The translations under genes were made by a program, and so were the position numbers. DNA of 64,000 nt from Basidiobolus meristosporus CBS 931.73 (taxonomy: Eukaryota > Fungi > Basidiobolomycota), in assembly GCA_002104905.1 (NCBI GenBank), contig MCFE01000415.1, forward strand, positions 1-64,000. The letters are read 5' to 3'. Positions 9,829 to 22,368 of this stretch are shown here, one piece after another. Numbering within the stretch: position 1 is the stretch's first letter; the number at the start of each line of letters is the position of its first letter. The notes beneath the pieces were generated by a model, which ran no database searches, was not told the origin of the DNA, and saw only the letters and a list, made by a program, of their open reading frames with translations.

Positions 9829-12800
9829 TGCAATTGCTTTGAATTGCTCACATTTGTAATGATCCCAACAACCCTTTTTTTTTGCAATCTGAATCAAGCC
9901 ATTGCAAATCAGTGATCATCAAATTTTTGATATAATTAATATCAAGGTCGTCTCACATTTGAGACAGAACCCCTAAAAATAAACACCCTGCATATATATA
10001 CGTCATCTGTAATACCAGTGCAGCTATTGGATCTGTTTTGCACCTACACAATTGCTTGCATGCTAGCTATGACACCTTGTCCAATCACTAGTATCAGGGA
10101 TTTACTTGCTCAATGGGCAAAATGAGATATTTGATGGCAAATCAGGTAGCTTTTTCAGTATTCAATGAGCCAATTGGGGGCTGCCAGCTTCAGGATACTT
10201 TTGGACCAATTAACCACTGAGATACCATCCAATTGGAGTGAGGGTAACAAAAATGGTAAATATCAGTGTAGTTTATAGTGTGATACACATTTATTTCCAT
10301 TTACATTAAACAAACATATCCAAATACCAGATTTTACCTGCCATTATAGCGGTATCCAATCACGCACGTGATGCAAACATTACAAGTTGGCGCGATCATC
10401 CGTGCCAACCTCATTGTGTCAGATTGTGCCATAGTGGGCAAGATTGTCCCACATAGTGCAAAATTGTCGAAGAACAATCCTGCCTTGTGGTAGCTATAAT
10501 ATTGCGCCCAATTGTTCTTTACAACCGCCAATTGTGCCGCGCGCCCTGGCACGGTACAATGGATCAAGTCTATTTGGGAACTGCAAGTTTGACCTTGTAC
10601 TTGGAAAAACCTGGCTATTTTGTTGTAATCCATCAATCAACTGGAGAACCCATGCTACTCAGATCCAAAAGGACAACAAGACCTATGAGCTATTACCTGC
10701 CAGGCTGGATTTCAGCTTGGTCAATTCCAGTATGTGTGAGACACATGAACATTGCACAACCCAGTTCTGTAGAGCACTTAGAAAAGGTACCCAGATGTTC
10801 CTCATGGTAGTATTACAGCAGTATTCCTTTACCCCAGCACCCCAGCAGGTCCAGACTCTCTTGAAGAAATATTCAGACGTGTTTCCAGATGAGCTTGTAA
10901 GCCTACCACCAATCAGAGACGTGGATCATGCCATTGACACAGGAGATAGCCCTTCAGTGAGCAAGACACCTTACAGAATGAGTCCATTGGAATTGGAGGA
11001 AATGAAGAGACAAATTGATCAGCTATTGGAGCAAGGATACATCAGACCCAGCAAGTCACCTTGGGGAGCACCAGTGCTTTTTGTGAAAAAGAAGGATGGA
11101 ACACTTAGGATGTGCATTGACTACAGAGCTCTGAACTCAGTTACCGTCAAGAATAAGTACCTCATACCTTGGATTGATGAGCTTTTGGACCAACTTACTG
11201 GAGCCACCATATTCAGCAAGATTGACCTCATGTCAGGATACAACCAAATTAGGGTGAAACCAGAAGATATACCTAAGACAGCATTCAGGACCAGATATGG
11301 ACATTACAAGTACTTAGTCATGAGTTTTGGCCTTACCAATGCCCCTGCAACATTCATGACCCTGATGCAGACTGTCTTCCAGGAGTACTTAGACAAGTTT
11401 GTGATAATCTACCTAGAAGACCTATTGATATACAGCAAGACAGAAGATGATCACTTGGTACACATTGACAAGGTCTTGAAGAAGCTAAGAGAGAACAAGC
11501 TATTTGGGAAGCTAGCCAAGTATGAATTCTTCAAGGAACACATTGAATATCTGGGACATATAGTGACTAGCACAGGAGTGACCTTAGACCCTAAGAAGGT
11601 TGATGTTATCAAGAATTTGAAGCAGCCCCATAGCGTATCAGAACTCAGATCATTCCTTGGAATGGCATACTATCATTGGAGATTTGTCAAGTCCTTTGCA
11701 AGCATTGCAGCCCCTTTAACTGATATCCTCAAGAAAGACAACACCTTCAAGTGGGACATAGCCTGTGAGACTGCATTTCAGATGCTGAAGAATGAACTTG
11801 CTAAGCTGCCAAGCTCAAGAATACCTGACTTCAGAAAAGAGTTTACCCTGTGCACAGATGCTTCAGATTATGCAATTGGTGGAATACTAAGCCAAGTACA
11901 CAAGGGAAAGGACTACCCAGTTGCTTTTGAGTCCAAGAAACTGAAGTTGGCAGAACAAAACTATCCTGTGCATATGAAGGAGATACTTGCTTTAATACAC
12001 TGCCTGAAAACATGGAGATGCTATATTGAAGGAATCAAATGCACTGTAAAGACTGATCATGCCTCACTGAAGTATATATTTGCTCAGAAGGCTCTATACA
12101 GAATAATGACAAGATGGAGTGAATGCATTCAGCAATTTGACTTGGAGATTGTCTACTACCCTGGGAAAAACAACACGGTTGCTAATGCCTTATCAAGACT
12201 AGAACAAGTGGCACAACTCAGCTTGGTGCATGAATCAGATTGGCCTAGCTTATTACCACAATACTTGGAGGACCAAGCCATTCCTAATGAGGTGGATGAA
12301 GAGATAAAGAAGATAATCCAGGATGAAGCCAGCAAATTTGTTGTACAGGATGAAACACTCTACTGAATAGTTGATGGAAGCCCATTGCCTATTGTCCTTA
12401 TGTTGCTTACCTGGATCTAATAAGCTACACAATGGATATGGACATCTTGGGATTGAAGGAACCTATAGCCTTGTGAAAGCCAGAGCATGGTGGCCCGGAA
12501 TGAAACAAGATATTGAGAAGCTAGTTAAAACATGCCCAAACTGCCAAATCAATCAAGGCCAGCCACAAAGAATTGCCATACTCTTCCCTTTGGAGCCTGT
12601 AAGACCATTTGAGAGATGGGGAATTGACTTTATTGGAAGACTGCTAACCACCAGGAAATGAAACAGTTGGATCCTAGTAGCATTTGACCATGCCACTAAA
12701 TGGCCTGTTGCTAAAGCTGTACCAATAGCCAGTGAACAAGAAGTTGCAAGTTTCATTTACCATGAGATCCTGATGAAGTTTGGATGCCCTGTGGAGATCT

Positions 12801-13507
12801 TATCTGATAGAGGAGCAAACTTTATGGTAAAGACATTAGAGCCTTACCTGGAAATGCAGCAGACTAAACACTTGAAAACCTTGGCATATCATCCCAGAAC
12901 TAATGGAGTCACTGAATGCTCTAATGGATTATTTGGAAAAATGCTGACCAAGTATGCAAATGGAGCTGTCAGTACATGGGATGAGTATATAGATTAGGCA
13001 CTTTTTGCCTGCAGAGTTAGTGTGCACAACACTACCCAACAATCACCATTTTACTTGGTGTATGGATGTGAACCAAGGATTCCAGGAGATCTCACACAAT
13101 CCTAGCTTACAGATGCCTTAGAAGAACTCAGTAAGCCCAGTAGACACCAGCAATTGGAACAAAGATGACAAGAGGCACAGGCCAAAGTATTGTAAAGTGC
13201 AGAAAAGATGAAGCAGGGATTTGATAAGACTATACACCAGAAGCATTGACAATTGGCAACTTTGTATTGCTAAGAAACAACACTTGGAAGAAGTTTGAGC
13301 CACAATGGACAGGACCATTCAAGATCATCAGAGAATGTCCATTTGCAGCTTACCAACTAGTGGATAAACAAGGGAATATCTGGGGAGATTTAGTTCATAG
13401 AGACAGACTCAAGCTTGCAAGACTTGCTGATAATACTGAACCATCAAGATATGGGTATCACAAGAAAAGAGATTCAGGAGAACCCTCTCAACTTTAGTAG
13501 GGGAGAA

Positions 13508-13876
13508 TGTTATCATCTGCCACTTGAATGTTTAAGTTAGATCAGTTTTTAGTCAAATCAATTAGTTATATGTTTAGATTATCAGTATATCAGTATTATC
13601 TATCAAATCAGCAGCATTAGTCAGCAAATGAATCAGCAGATCCTTATCAGACAGAAATAAATATATCAAGTAGGATCTTATTGGGTGATGATGATGCAAT
13701 CAAATGAGTCATCAGCCACAACCTGCATTAGGAAATACAATTAGTCAGCAATTGATCTGGCAAAATGTATATAAGGAGCTGCTGGAACCACAATAAAGGT
13801 CAGTCCAAGTTTTAGTGAACACAATACTAGCTAAACTCCCTATTCCTCTACAACTCTTATCCCAAGACTTGTAACA
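13508..13876 (+). repeat. 3' LTR of element B
   Basis: TGTTA...TAACA, preceded by the PPT agtaggggagaa. Confidence 0.95.
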
Positions 13877-15343
13877 GCACCAGCACACCTTGCTGGATTC
13901 CTTATCATCCTTTGCAACTTCAGCACACCAGCATGCATCAGTCCAACCTACACCAAGACCCTTCACAAGAGTGCCCTGCATCATGTCAAAATGTGTATGG
14001 TCAATGCACATGCTTCAGAGCAAAACCATCAGAACTTGCCAAGCTGCTCATTTAGACACAAGACCATTGGATCAGGCCAAGTTACATCAACAAGCAGAAT
14101 CACATTGAGCTCAGCCAAGGGCCATGCCAACACATCAAGTTGTGCCTGCACATGCTAATACTCCTAGTCAACAGGGAGGTAGTTTAGGTATACAATGTGA
14201 ATCACTAGCCTTGAGAGGAAGAATGCAAACTGCAAGAAACTCCTTCCAGATTGTGCCATCACACCATGCTTGACTCCTTACCATCCCCTGCAACACCAGC
14301 TCCAGTCAGTCCAGTCTATGCAGACACCCTACACCAGGGTGCCCCTCATCAAGTCAATGTGGGTCAGATCAACACATGCGCTTTAGAGCAAAACTACCAC
14401 AACTTGCCAAACTGCTCACTTAGACACAAGTACATTGGAGCAGGCTGGCTGGCTCTGTTTTATCATCTTAAGCAATTCAATCCAGTCAAGCTCCAGCATT
14501 GCACTTATCAACTAGGAGGCAAAAACTGGCTACAAGTACACAAGTAGCAAACATGATAGTCAACAAGGAAGTATTTTGGTGTGCAAAGTAAATCACTACC
14601 AAATGCTTCAGTAGTAATCCCATTGTTACCATTTGTCATGATCCAAACAACTCATTTTTTTGCAATCCAAATCAAGTTATTGCAAATCAGTAACCACTGA
14701 ATTTTGGATATAAGTAATATCAAGATTGACTCACATTTGAGACAAAGCCCCTAGAGTAAACACCCTGTATATGTACATCATCTTTAACACTATTGCAGAT
14801 ATCAGATCTAATCTGCACCTATTTGGTCACTTGCTTGCTATGACACCTCAACCACTTACTAAGATCAGGGATTCACTTGTGCAATGGGGAAAATGGAATA
14901 TCTGAAGGCAAATAAGATGGCCTGTGTATTGGTCTATGGGCCAATTGGAGGCTAACAACCTTAGGATACATATTTATATATATATAAGTCATTGACATAC
15001 CATCCAATTGTAGTGATGGGAGCCAGAATGGTAAGTATTATTGCAATTTAAAGTGTGATAGGCATTTATTTCCATTACATGAAAGAAAATGTCCAAATAC
15101 TGGACTTACTTACCACAATAGTGGTATACAATTGAACATGTGATGCAAACATGGTCAGTTGGTGCAATCATCCTTGCCAACCTCATCATGTCAGATTGTG
15201 CCATAGTGTGCAAGATTGACCCACATAGTACAAAACTGTACAAGTGCAATCCAGCCCAATGGTAACCACAATATTGTGCCCAATCATTCTTTGCAATGGC
15301 AGATTGTGTGGTGCACCCAGGAACAGTACAATAGAACAAGTCT
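13877..15343. mobile_element. Right part of old PHIS copy D0 (ORF2 3' half to right TIR), heavily decayed
   Basis: Collinear with 9210-10571 with many CG>TG/CA changes; ends in the TIR agaacaagtct at 15333-15343. Confidence 0.85.
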
Positions 15344-16143
15344 TATGTCTCAAATACAGTACTCTCATATATTCACATGAGTATTGACAAGAAAGTGATA
15401 TAATAGCATTGGACTTGTTCCATTGTACTGTGCCAGGGCGCGCGGAGCAATCCGCAGTTGTTTAGAACAATCAGGCGTGATATTATAGCTACCAGAAGGC
15501 AGGATTGTTCTTGGACAATTTCGCACTATGCAGGACAATCTTGCACACTATGGCACAATGGGGTTGGCACGGATGATTGCGCCAACTTGTAATGTTTGCA
15601 TCATGTGCGTGATCAGATACCGCTATTATGGCAGGTAAAATCCGGTATTTGGATATGTTTCTTTAATGTAAATGGAAATAAATGTGTATCACACTATAAA
15701 CTACACTGATACTTACCATTTTTGTTACCCTCACTCCAATTGGACAGTATCTCAGTGGTTAATTGGTCCAAAAGTATCCTGGAGCTGGCAGCCCCCAATT
15801 GGCTCATTAACTACTGAAAAAGCTACCTGATTTGCCATCAAATATCTCATTTTGCCCATTGAGCAAGTAAATCCCTGATCCTAGTGATTGGACAAGGTGT
15901 CATAGCTAGCATGCAAGCAATTGTGTAGGTGCAAAACAGATCCAATAGCTGCACTGGTATTACAGATGACGTATATATATGCAGGGTGTTTATTTAAAGG
16001 GGTTCTGTCTCAAATGTGAGACAACCTTGATATTACTTATATCAAAAATTTGATGATCACTGATTTGCAATGGCTCGATTTGGATTGCAAAAAATAAGGG
16101 TTGTTGGGATCATTACAAATGTGAGCAATTCAAAGCAATTGCA

Positions 16144-17391
16144 TCATCTTCTCCTGGGTTTTTTTCTCACAGGGATTACTACTAAAGCATTTGGTAGTGA
16201 CTCACTTTGCACACCTATACTACTTCCTGGCTGACTATCATCTTGGCTACTTGTGTATTTGTAGTCAGTATTTTGCCTCCTAGTTGATGAGTGCAATGCT
16301 GCAGCTTGGCCGCGCTGAATTGCTCCAACTGAACCACCTGAACCAGCCTGTAGTGCCACATGCTGACGCGTTCTTTTACTTGCTAAGGGCTCCGGTGGTT
16401 GAGGCACTTCATGTTAGTCATCATCAGTCAGTTCACCAGAAGTAACTTGCTGATGGTCAGGCAAAACAGCATGCGCAGGCGTGCCTTGACACGTCGGGAT
16501 GGCCCTTGGCTGAGTTCAATGTGATGCTGCATGTTGACGCAACTTGGTCCGCTCCAATGGACTCATTTCTAAATGAGCAGTTTGGCGAGTTCTGGTAGTT
16601 TTGCTCTGAAGCGTGCACGTTGACCCGACGCGCATTGACTCAATGCGGGGCGTTCTGGTAAAGGGTGTTGGCGTGGTCTGGACTGACATGCGCCGGCACG
16701 CTGTGGTTGCAAGAGATGGTAGGGAATCCAGCAAGGCATGCTGGCGCAATCTGGACAATGTTGCTTGCGGTCTGTATTCTTCCTCCTGAAGCTCACCATC
16801 TGATTCCTCAAGGTATTCACTTACCCTCTGTTGGATACTTTGGAGCTGTTGCCTGGATGAGTCCTGTGTATTTTGCTCTTGGAAGCCACTTAGCTCTACT
16901 AATATATTGCGTAGTACATCAGTCATTTGAGGCAAAAACTCATTCAAAATCTCTTTGGTTCCCAAAGTTGAGGCACAAACAGATGCATCCGGTCCGTACT
17001 GTGCAAATTGTGCGCAAAATTGTTCCCGTGCGGCTTCTTTGTCAAATCCCCTCACTCTCAGCCCATTCTTGATTTCAATACTTGTCTTGTTTTATATCTT
17101 TTGACATACATTGGCTGGCATCTTGATGTAGAACTCATGCCACAGCTTTCTACTCAAATTCTTCCATCTTTGTTGACTCTCTGAGATATCTAGTTCTGTT
17201 AGATTAATCAGTAGTGCCCAAATATCTGTATGAAGGCTCATCATAGACACTTGGGCCATACTAAAATCATTTGGCAAGAACTCAAATGGATCCAACATTG
17301 ACTTTTCCGGTCCGGACCGTGCTTGAGAGCTAGGGGATGGGTTTTGTCTGGGTTGTACTAAAGATGAGTTGAGACTTGGTATGGGGACCAT
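16144..17391 (-). pseudogene. ORF2 of D2, frameshifted
   Basis: ORFs 17092..17391, 16516..17055 and 16144..16407 match D1 ORF2 in order. Confidence 0.8.
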
Positions 17392-17750
17392 AGCAACGGA
17401 TTTGGATACTTATACAGCAGTATATTGGCATCAACCTGGTCTTATATGAAATATATATGAAAACTAATGTGATTGTTGAATTTTCCATAAATTATGCAGG
17501 ATGCATCTTGGATTGCGTTGATACAGATCAGATCACATCAATTGCAGATTTCCTATTTGATTATAGACCTATGATTAAAGCATCAATAAAAGTACCAAGG
17601 CATTGTTTGCGGATGATTTTTGCAACATAATGATGGGATACATGGCAATTGATGGAGATTTAACCATAATGTATTAAAAATCAGATAAATAATGCAGATT
17701 GCACCAAATCAATTCAAACCGCCTCCATACAATCATCCACCAATTTTAAT

Positions 17751-18272
17751 ATGAGTTACTTATTGGAATGGTCTTTTCTCATCAATTCAATCACTACCAC
17801 TGTATTTCCTTTTGACGCACTAGAGGAGATTTATTCCAAGTACTGTGGACCATCAACCCCAATCTACTCAAGGAGATCCCTTGTTAAGCTTCTCTGCTAT
17901 TACAAGAACTATTGCCCTACAAGGTTTCATTCCACCATCCATGGCAACAAATGTCCTAGAAGCTTTCATTTCCAGCTGACAGCAATGGAGAACCACCTTG
18001 CAGAGGGTATGAATGACTTAGAGCAAGCTTGGAATACTAGGTTCAGAAGCTTCAATAGACTTCCATATCCCAGAGTGTTCAGCAACAGGTTCCATATCAG
18101 GAGTATTTTGGATACCTTCCCAGTGAGGATTAACAGACCTTCTAGAGGGCAGAGGCACTTTTATTCTGGCAAGTACAAGGCACACTGTGTGAAGTTTCAA
18201 GCACTGTCTGACATTGAGGGTAACATCATCTGGTTTAGTGGGCCATTTGCTGGAAGTAGGCATGACAAAGCA
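17751..18272 (+). pseudogene. Truncated transposase of D2
   Basis: Near-identical to the D1 transposase up to GSRHDKA; the rest of ORF 17751..18569 is antisense read-through into RT sequence. Confidence 0.85.
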
Positions 18273-20494
18273 ATCTTGTGGCCCATGAACAACAATTTTG
18301 TATACAGGAAATGGCACTTCTTTGGATGTAGTTTGAGTTGGTTCTTGAGGAGGGCTGTCAGGATATGTTGCACATCATGTATATGTTCTTCTTCATTGAG
18401 GGAATATATTGTGATGTTGTCCAGATACACAAGGGCACATTCCCATTGTAAATATCCTAGCACCTTGTCAATCATCCTTTGGAACATAGTGGGGGCATTG
18501 CACAAGCCAAAGGGTAGTTGGTTCCATTTGTATAATCCAAACAATGTTATAAAAGCGGTTTTGGGTTGATCTTCAAGGGCTACTTCTACTTGCCAATACC
18601 CGGAGATTAAGTCAAGAGAGCTAAAATATTTAGCTCCAATTAATCTGTCCAAGAGGTTGTCTATTTGCGGTAGCGGATACATGTCCTTCTGGGTGACAGC
18701 ATTCAATTTTTGGTAGTCAATCCAAAAGCGTTGCTTTCCTTCTTTCTTTGGGACTATCACTACGGGGAGGCCCACAGAGACTGGCTCTCTGTAATGATGT
18801 TGTCTTTTAATAAAGTTTCAATTGTCTCTTTGATATAGTCCGTGTTAATTTTTGAGTTCCTTTAGGCTTTTTGCTTGATGGGGTATTTGTTGGCAAGGTG
18901 AATTTGGTGATGTACCCCAGGTATATGACCAATTACTTGGTTCTTAGAGAATACTTGGGCAAGCAGGCATATTCCTTCTAGGAACTTGTCTTGTAATGCA
19001 GGCAGTAGACCAGGGTCCACATCTAAAAGTATTAGAGTTCTTTGTTTGCTTCAACACTTCTTCCCAAGGCTCATTCTGTACCTCTTCACCTAATTCCATG
19101 TTCTTTCCTTTTGACAGAGCCTCTAGTACAGGTTTCTTTGCCTCCTCTCTAAAAGCATCATGTTGACGCTTCTTCTTCCGCACTTTGACTGTTCTGACCA
19201 GAGGGCTTAAATTGACTGAGTCCTGTTGGCCTCCTGGCAAGGGACTCTGTCTTTTGATGCCTTCTTCTCTTTTGTGTCTGGTATGGGTTCTTGTCTGTAC
19301 CATTTTTCACATTTGTGGGCTTGGTGGCCTACTTCTCCATATACATAACACAGGTACTGTTGTTGCAGTCATTCCATCTGTTTGGTCAGGGCTTGTACCT
19401 GGGCCTTTAAGTCTACAACAGCTTCCCAGAGTTTATCACCTTCTTTGGGGATTTATTGGACATTGTTGATCAAGAGTTCTTGGACCTTTTGCTGTAATTC
19501 CTCTAACTCACAATCTTTTGGGGAGGCAATTTTTCCTTTCTTACAGGGGATTCCTGTCCTTCAATCATTTGTATCACTATAGGGTAGCTCCATAGCAAGA
19601 TGACCCCTTTTACTTGTTTGACCAACTCTTGCAACATTTTACATCCCTGTTATTCTTTGGATGCTCTACATCATATTTTGTTGTCTAAGCCCATGATGTA
19701 ATACCTCATGAGCTGTCATTTGGCAATTTTGTCCTTTGGGAGACATCAAACTTGTTGGAGAAACAGTTCAGTGTAGGCTTCATAGCTCTCACTGCTTTGC
19801 TTTTGTGAGGACAGTAGTAGGGCTTTGTAGTGGTATCCTTTGGCATATAGAAAGCGTGTCTTGTAGGCTTCTTCTAGTGCATCCCAGTTGTCTTTAACTG
19901 CATCTTCCAACCCATAATGCCATTGCCATGCTGACCCTTCCATATGTCTTGCAAACTCCCTTACTTTCTTATCATTGTCCCATCCTGCATCAACTGCAAC
20001 TCTCAAACTTATTAAACCACTCAAGGGCTTTCTTTCTCTTTCCCTTGTATGTTTTTAGTTTGATTGTAGTAGTCATTACCTCACTTGTGCTTATTTCTGC
20101 AGAGACAGCACCAAATATGTGGGTTATTTCTAACTGTACTTGGTGAGTGGGAGAGCTTGTAGGTCAAGTCAGTACCACTTGGTTCAGAATAGCTTCCAAT
20201 AGAAAGGAGCAAGGTAGTAAAGACTTGTGTTTATTCCATCCAAATCCTCTTCTCCTCTCACTTGGTTCAATTGGGTAGATATATATATCACTTGGGGGGG
20301 CTTAGATAATAGACAATGTGTTATAAAATAGGGGTGTGAACACCTTCCTGCTATGGTAAGTGCTCTAACTAGTTAAGGGCAGGGATAGGAGGGAGGGCAC
20401 ATGGGGGAATCATAGGGAGGATACTGGGGGACTTTGGGTAGGACTCTGGAGAGAACTCTTGGGCAAAGAGTGGGTACTGCATTTAGTACTCACA
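18273..20494 (-). mobile_element. Degenerate Ty3/gypsy element C (second family): 5' LTR, gag remnant, RT remnant
   Basis: RT 18273-18775 (VVIVPKKEGKQRFWIDYQKLN, LDLISGYWQV, PFGLCNAP, LVYLDNITI); gag-like 19746..20024 (EGSAWQWH...WDALEEAYKTRF). Confidence 0.85.
20118..20494 (-). repeat. Probable 5' LTR of element C
   Basis: On the - strand TGTGAG...CCCACA termini, followed by tatt-TGGTGCTGT (PBS-like); TATA-like tatatata near 20281. No partner LTR in the window to confirm it. Confidence 0.55.
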
Positions 20495-21109
20495 TATGGC
20501 AACTTTGCAAGTATCACACTAAAAAGCTGTAAAGCTGATGTGACAGAAGTATGTCAATTGCAGCAGGTGTGTGCATTTGTAGAGGTTAGTAAGCAGGAGG
20601 CCACAGTATTTTTTGATTCAAACTATATGTGGAATACCCAAGGTAGTAGTGGGTAAGCAAATAAAGAAAGGTGATTCTACAGCGGAATATATGAATTGCA
20701 CAAGGGGATGTAGAAAAAGGAAATACCATTTGGTAAATTGGTAATGTAGCATTATACAGAACCAGTGGTTGGCCATCATACTGCCAATATAATGCCATCA
20801 GAGTCTTACTGTGAGGCCATCAAAATACCGTCAGGTTTCTTGCCATATAAGGCAATTGGATGTCCTGGCTGACTGGATCCACTTAAAATAGTTATAGAGC
20901 ACTGAAAGACCGCAACAATACCATGCAAATATTGTTACAGCACCAATAAATTATTGACAAGTTTTATTGCTCTATTTGGCTGTAAAATTAGCAAAACACC
21001 GTCATAATCTTGTCATAAGATTGTTAGGAGGGTCACTAATTCTAAGCTGCTGTTATTATGATGGTCTCTAAACAGGATCTTAACGGCTGATTTGGATTGG
21101 ATCCACCTG

Positions 21110-21630
21110 TGGGACCAAATTATCTTTCATAGGGTCTCTCTTTTTCAAGCACTGGACTGATATGTGTCCTTTCCCTTTGCAGTAGTTACAATACAGGTTG
21201 CTATTGCCTTTGAAAGGTCTTGGGTATCTCCTTTGCTGGTTATCATTGCTTATTAAAGCTTTTTCTTCTTCCTTGTTATTGGTGCTTGATTTTCTTATTC
21301 TTCATCCAGGAGCCTTCCATATACATTCACGTTTTTAGGAGGGCATTCTCTTCCCATGATGATATCCCAAGGGCCTCTTTCTTATAGAAGCATCTTCATC
21401 TTCACCTTCCACACTTGGTAGTTAGATCCATCCAACTTTTCAGCAGAGGGAAAAATTCTAGTAATAGCAGTAGTGGACATTGCAGAGAGTGACAGCTTGG
21501 GGCTTGTGACCTGTTGTAAGAGTCTTGGAGATATTGGAAGTGATTGGGACAACATGTGGATTATGTGGCTTTCACTTAATGTTTTCTTAAATGTAAAAGT
21601 AGTATTTATACTTTTACGTGGTTTTGGCAA
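21110..21630 (-). mobile_element. Ty1/copia remnant: truncated LTR (21512-21630), gag N-terminus fused to a CCHC knuckle
   Basis: EKLDGSNYQVWKVKMKMLL (copia gag N-terminus) and CNYCKGKGHISVQC at about 21150-21195. Confidence 0.8.
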
Positions 21631-21637
21631 ATGCAGT

Positions 21638-22368
21638 TAAGGGCACTTTGTTCTTTGTTTTGGTACTTTAAGACTTCCTGGATATATTTTCTTAGCAGCT
21701 GTACATAACTGGTATGTGTCTTCTAATACCTTCCAGGCATTCTTTGCAGCTTTTGCTCTTGAGCATTGAATTAGCAATTTGTCTTTGACACTAAGGTATA
21801 TGCAGCTAAAGGCACTTTGTTCTTTCTTCTGGTACTTTAAGACTTCCTGTCCCAAGCTTTTAGGAGGGCAATTTTCTCCCTTAACAATATCCTAAAGGCC
21901 TCTTTCCTGTAGCAGCATCTTTGTCTTCACCTTCCACACTTGGTAGTTAGATCCATCCAACTTTTCAGCAGAGGGAAAAATTCCAGTAATAGCAGTAGTA
22001 GACATTGCAGAGAGTGACAGCTTGGGGCTTGTGACCTGTTGTAAGAGTCTTGGAGATATTGGAAGTGATTGGGAGAACAAGTAGATTATGTGGCTTTCAC
22101 TTAATGTTTTCTTGAATGTAAAAGTAGTATTTAAACTTTTACATGGTCTTGGCAAAACAAACATGTAAAAAAGGTTTGGGAAGGTCCCAAGAACATGTGT
22201 GCAAGGTTTGGGGCTGTTTGGACAACTTATCTAATTTTCATGTTCTGGGTAAATATTCCAAGTAAATCCCAACAAGGAATTCCGTCAGTATTCTCTAGGA
22301 TTTGAAGGTAATGATCTAAGTGACCAAGTTAGGTGAGTATTTAGGTGGAATTCCGAATTTTTACAACA
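21638..22368 (-). mobile_element. Second Ty1/copia 5' remnant with complete LTR and gag start
   Basis: gag MSTTAITGIFPSAEKLDGSNYQVWK..; LTR 22037-22368 with 8-bp terminal inverted repeats TGTTGTAA/TTACAACA; PBS-like GGTCACAAGCC directly after the LTR. Confidence 0.85.

Larger units (their letters stand above)
7139..10571. mobile_element. PHIS-superfamily (PIF/Harbinger-related, Pangu-like) DNA transposon D1, 3433 bp
   Basis: TIRs AGACTTGTTCC (7139-7149) and GGATCAAGTCT (10561-10571); TSD ATT at 7136-7138 and 10572-10574. Excision restores B's [11 protein letters not shown] exactly as in element A. Two divergent genes. Confidence 0.92.
5937..13497 (+). pseudogene. gag-pol of element B, multiple stops/frameshifts, split by D1 at 7139-10571
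   Basis: ORFs 6039..6410, 6435..7138, 10572..12366, 12371.., 12773.. and 13246..13497 are collinear with element A gag-pol. Confidence 0.92.
567..13876 (+). mobile_element. Ty3/gypsy LTR retrotransposon B (degenerate), interrupted by element A and DNA transposon D1
   Basis: LTRs 567-935 and 13508-13876 (about 15 differences in 369 bp by eye), PBS at 937, PPT before 13508, and gag-PR-RT-RH-IN remnants in order. Confidence 0.92.
15411..18272. mobile_element. PHIS copy D2, inverted relative to D1 and truncated in the transposase
   Basis: Starts with the TIR GGACTTGTTCC after ATT (15408-15410). It is the reverse complement of D1 10571 to about 7685 and joins a Ty3 RT fragment at a 3-nt microhomology (gca). 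Confidence 0.9.

Noticed and set aside
1556-13497. RIP-like CpA>TpA mutagenesis suggested by several CAA>TAA and TGG>TAG stops
   Set aside because: Stop-creating transitions are biased toward these contexts by the genetic code. Copy-to-copy differences are dominated by CpG sites, and near-identical repeats persist without AT enrichment.
18273-18569. C-terminal extension of the D2 transposase ORF as a new domain
   Set aside because: It is the antisense strand of the adjacent Ty3 RT fragment.
20495-21100. Possible additional TE or gene remnant
   Set aside because: CpG-poor like the TE block, but no recognisable motif in any frame I translated; left unannotated.
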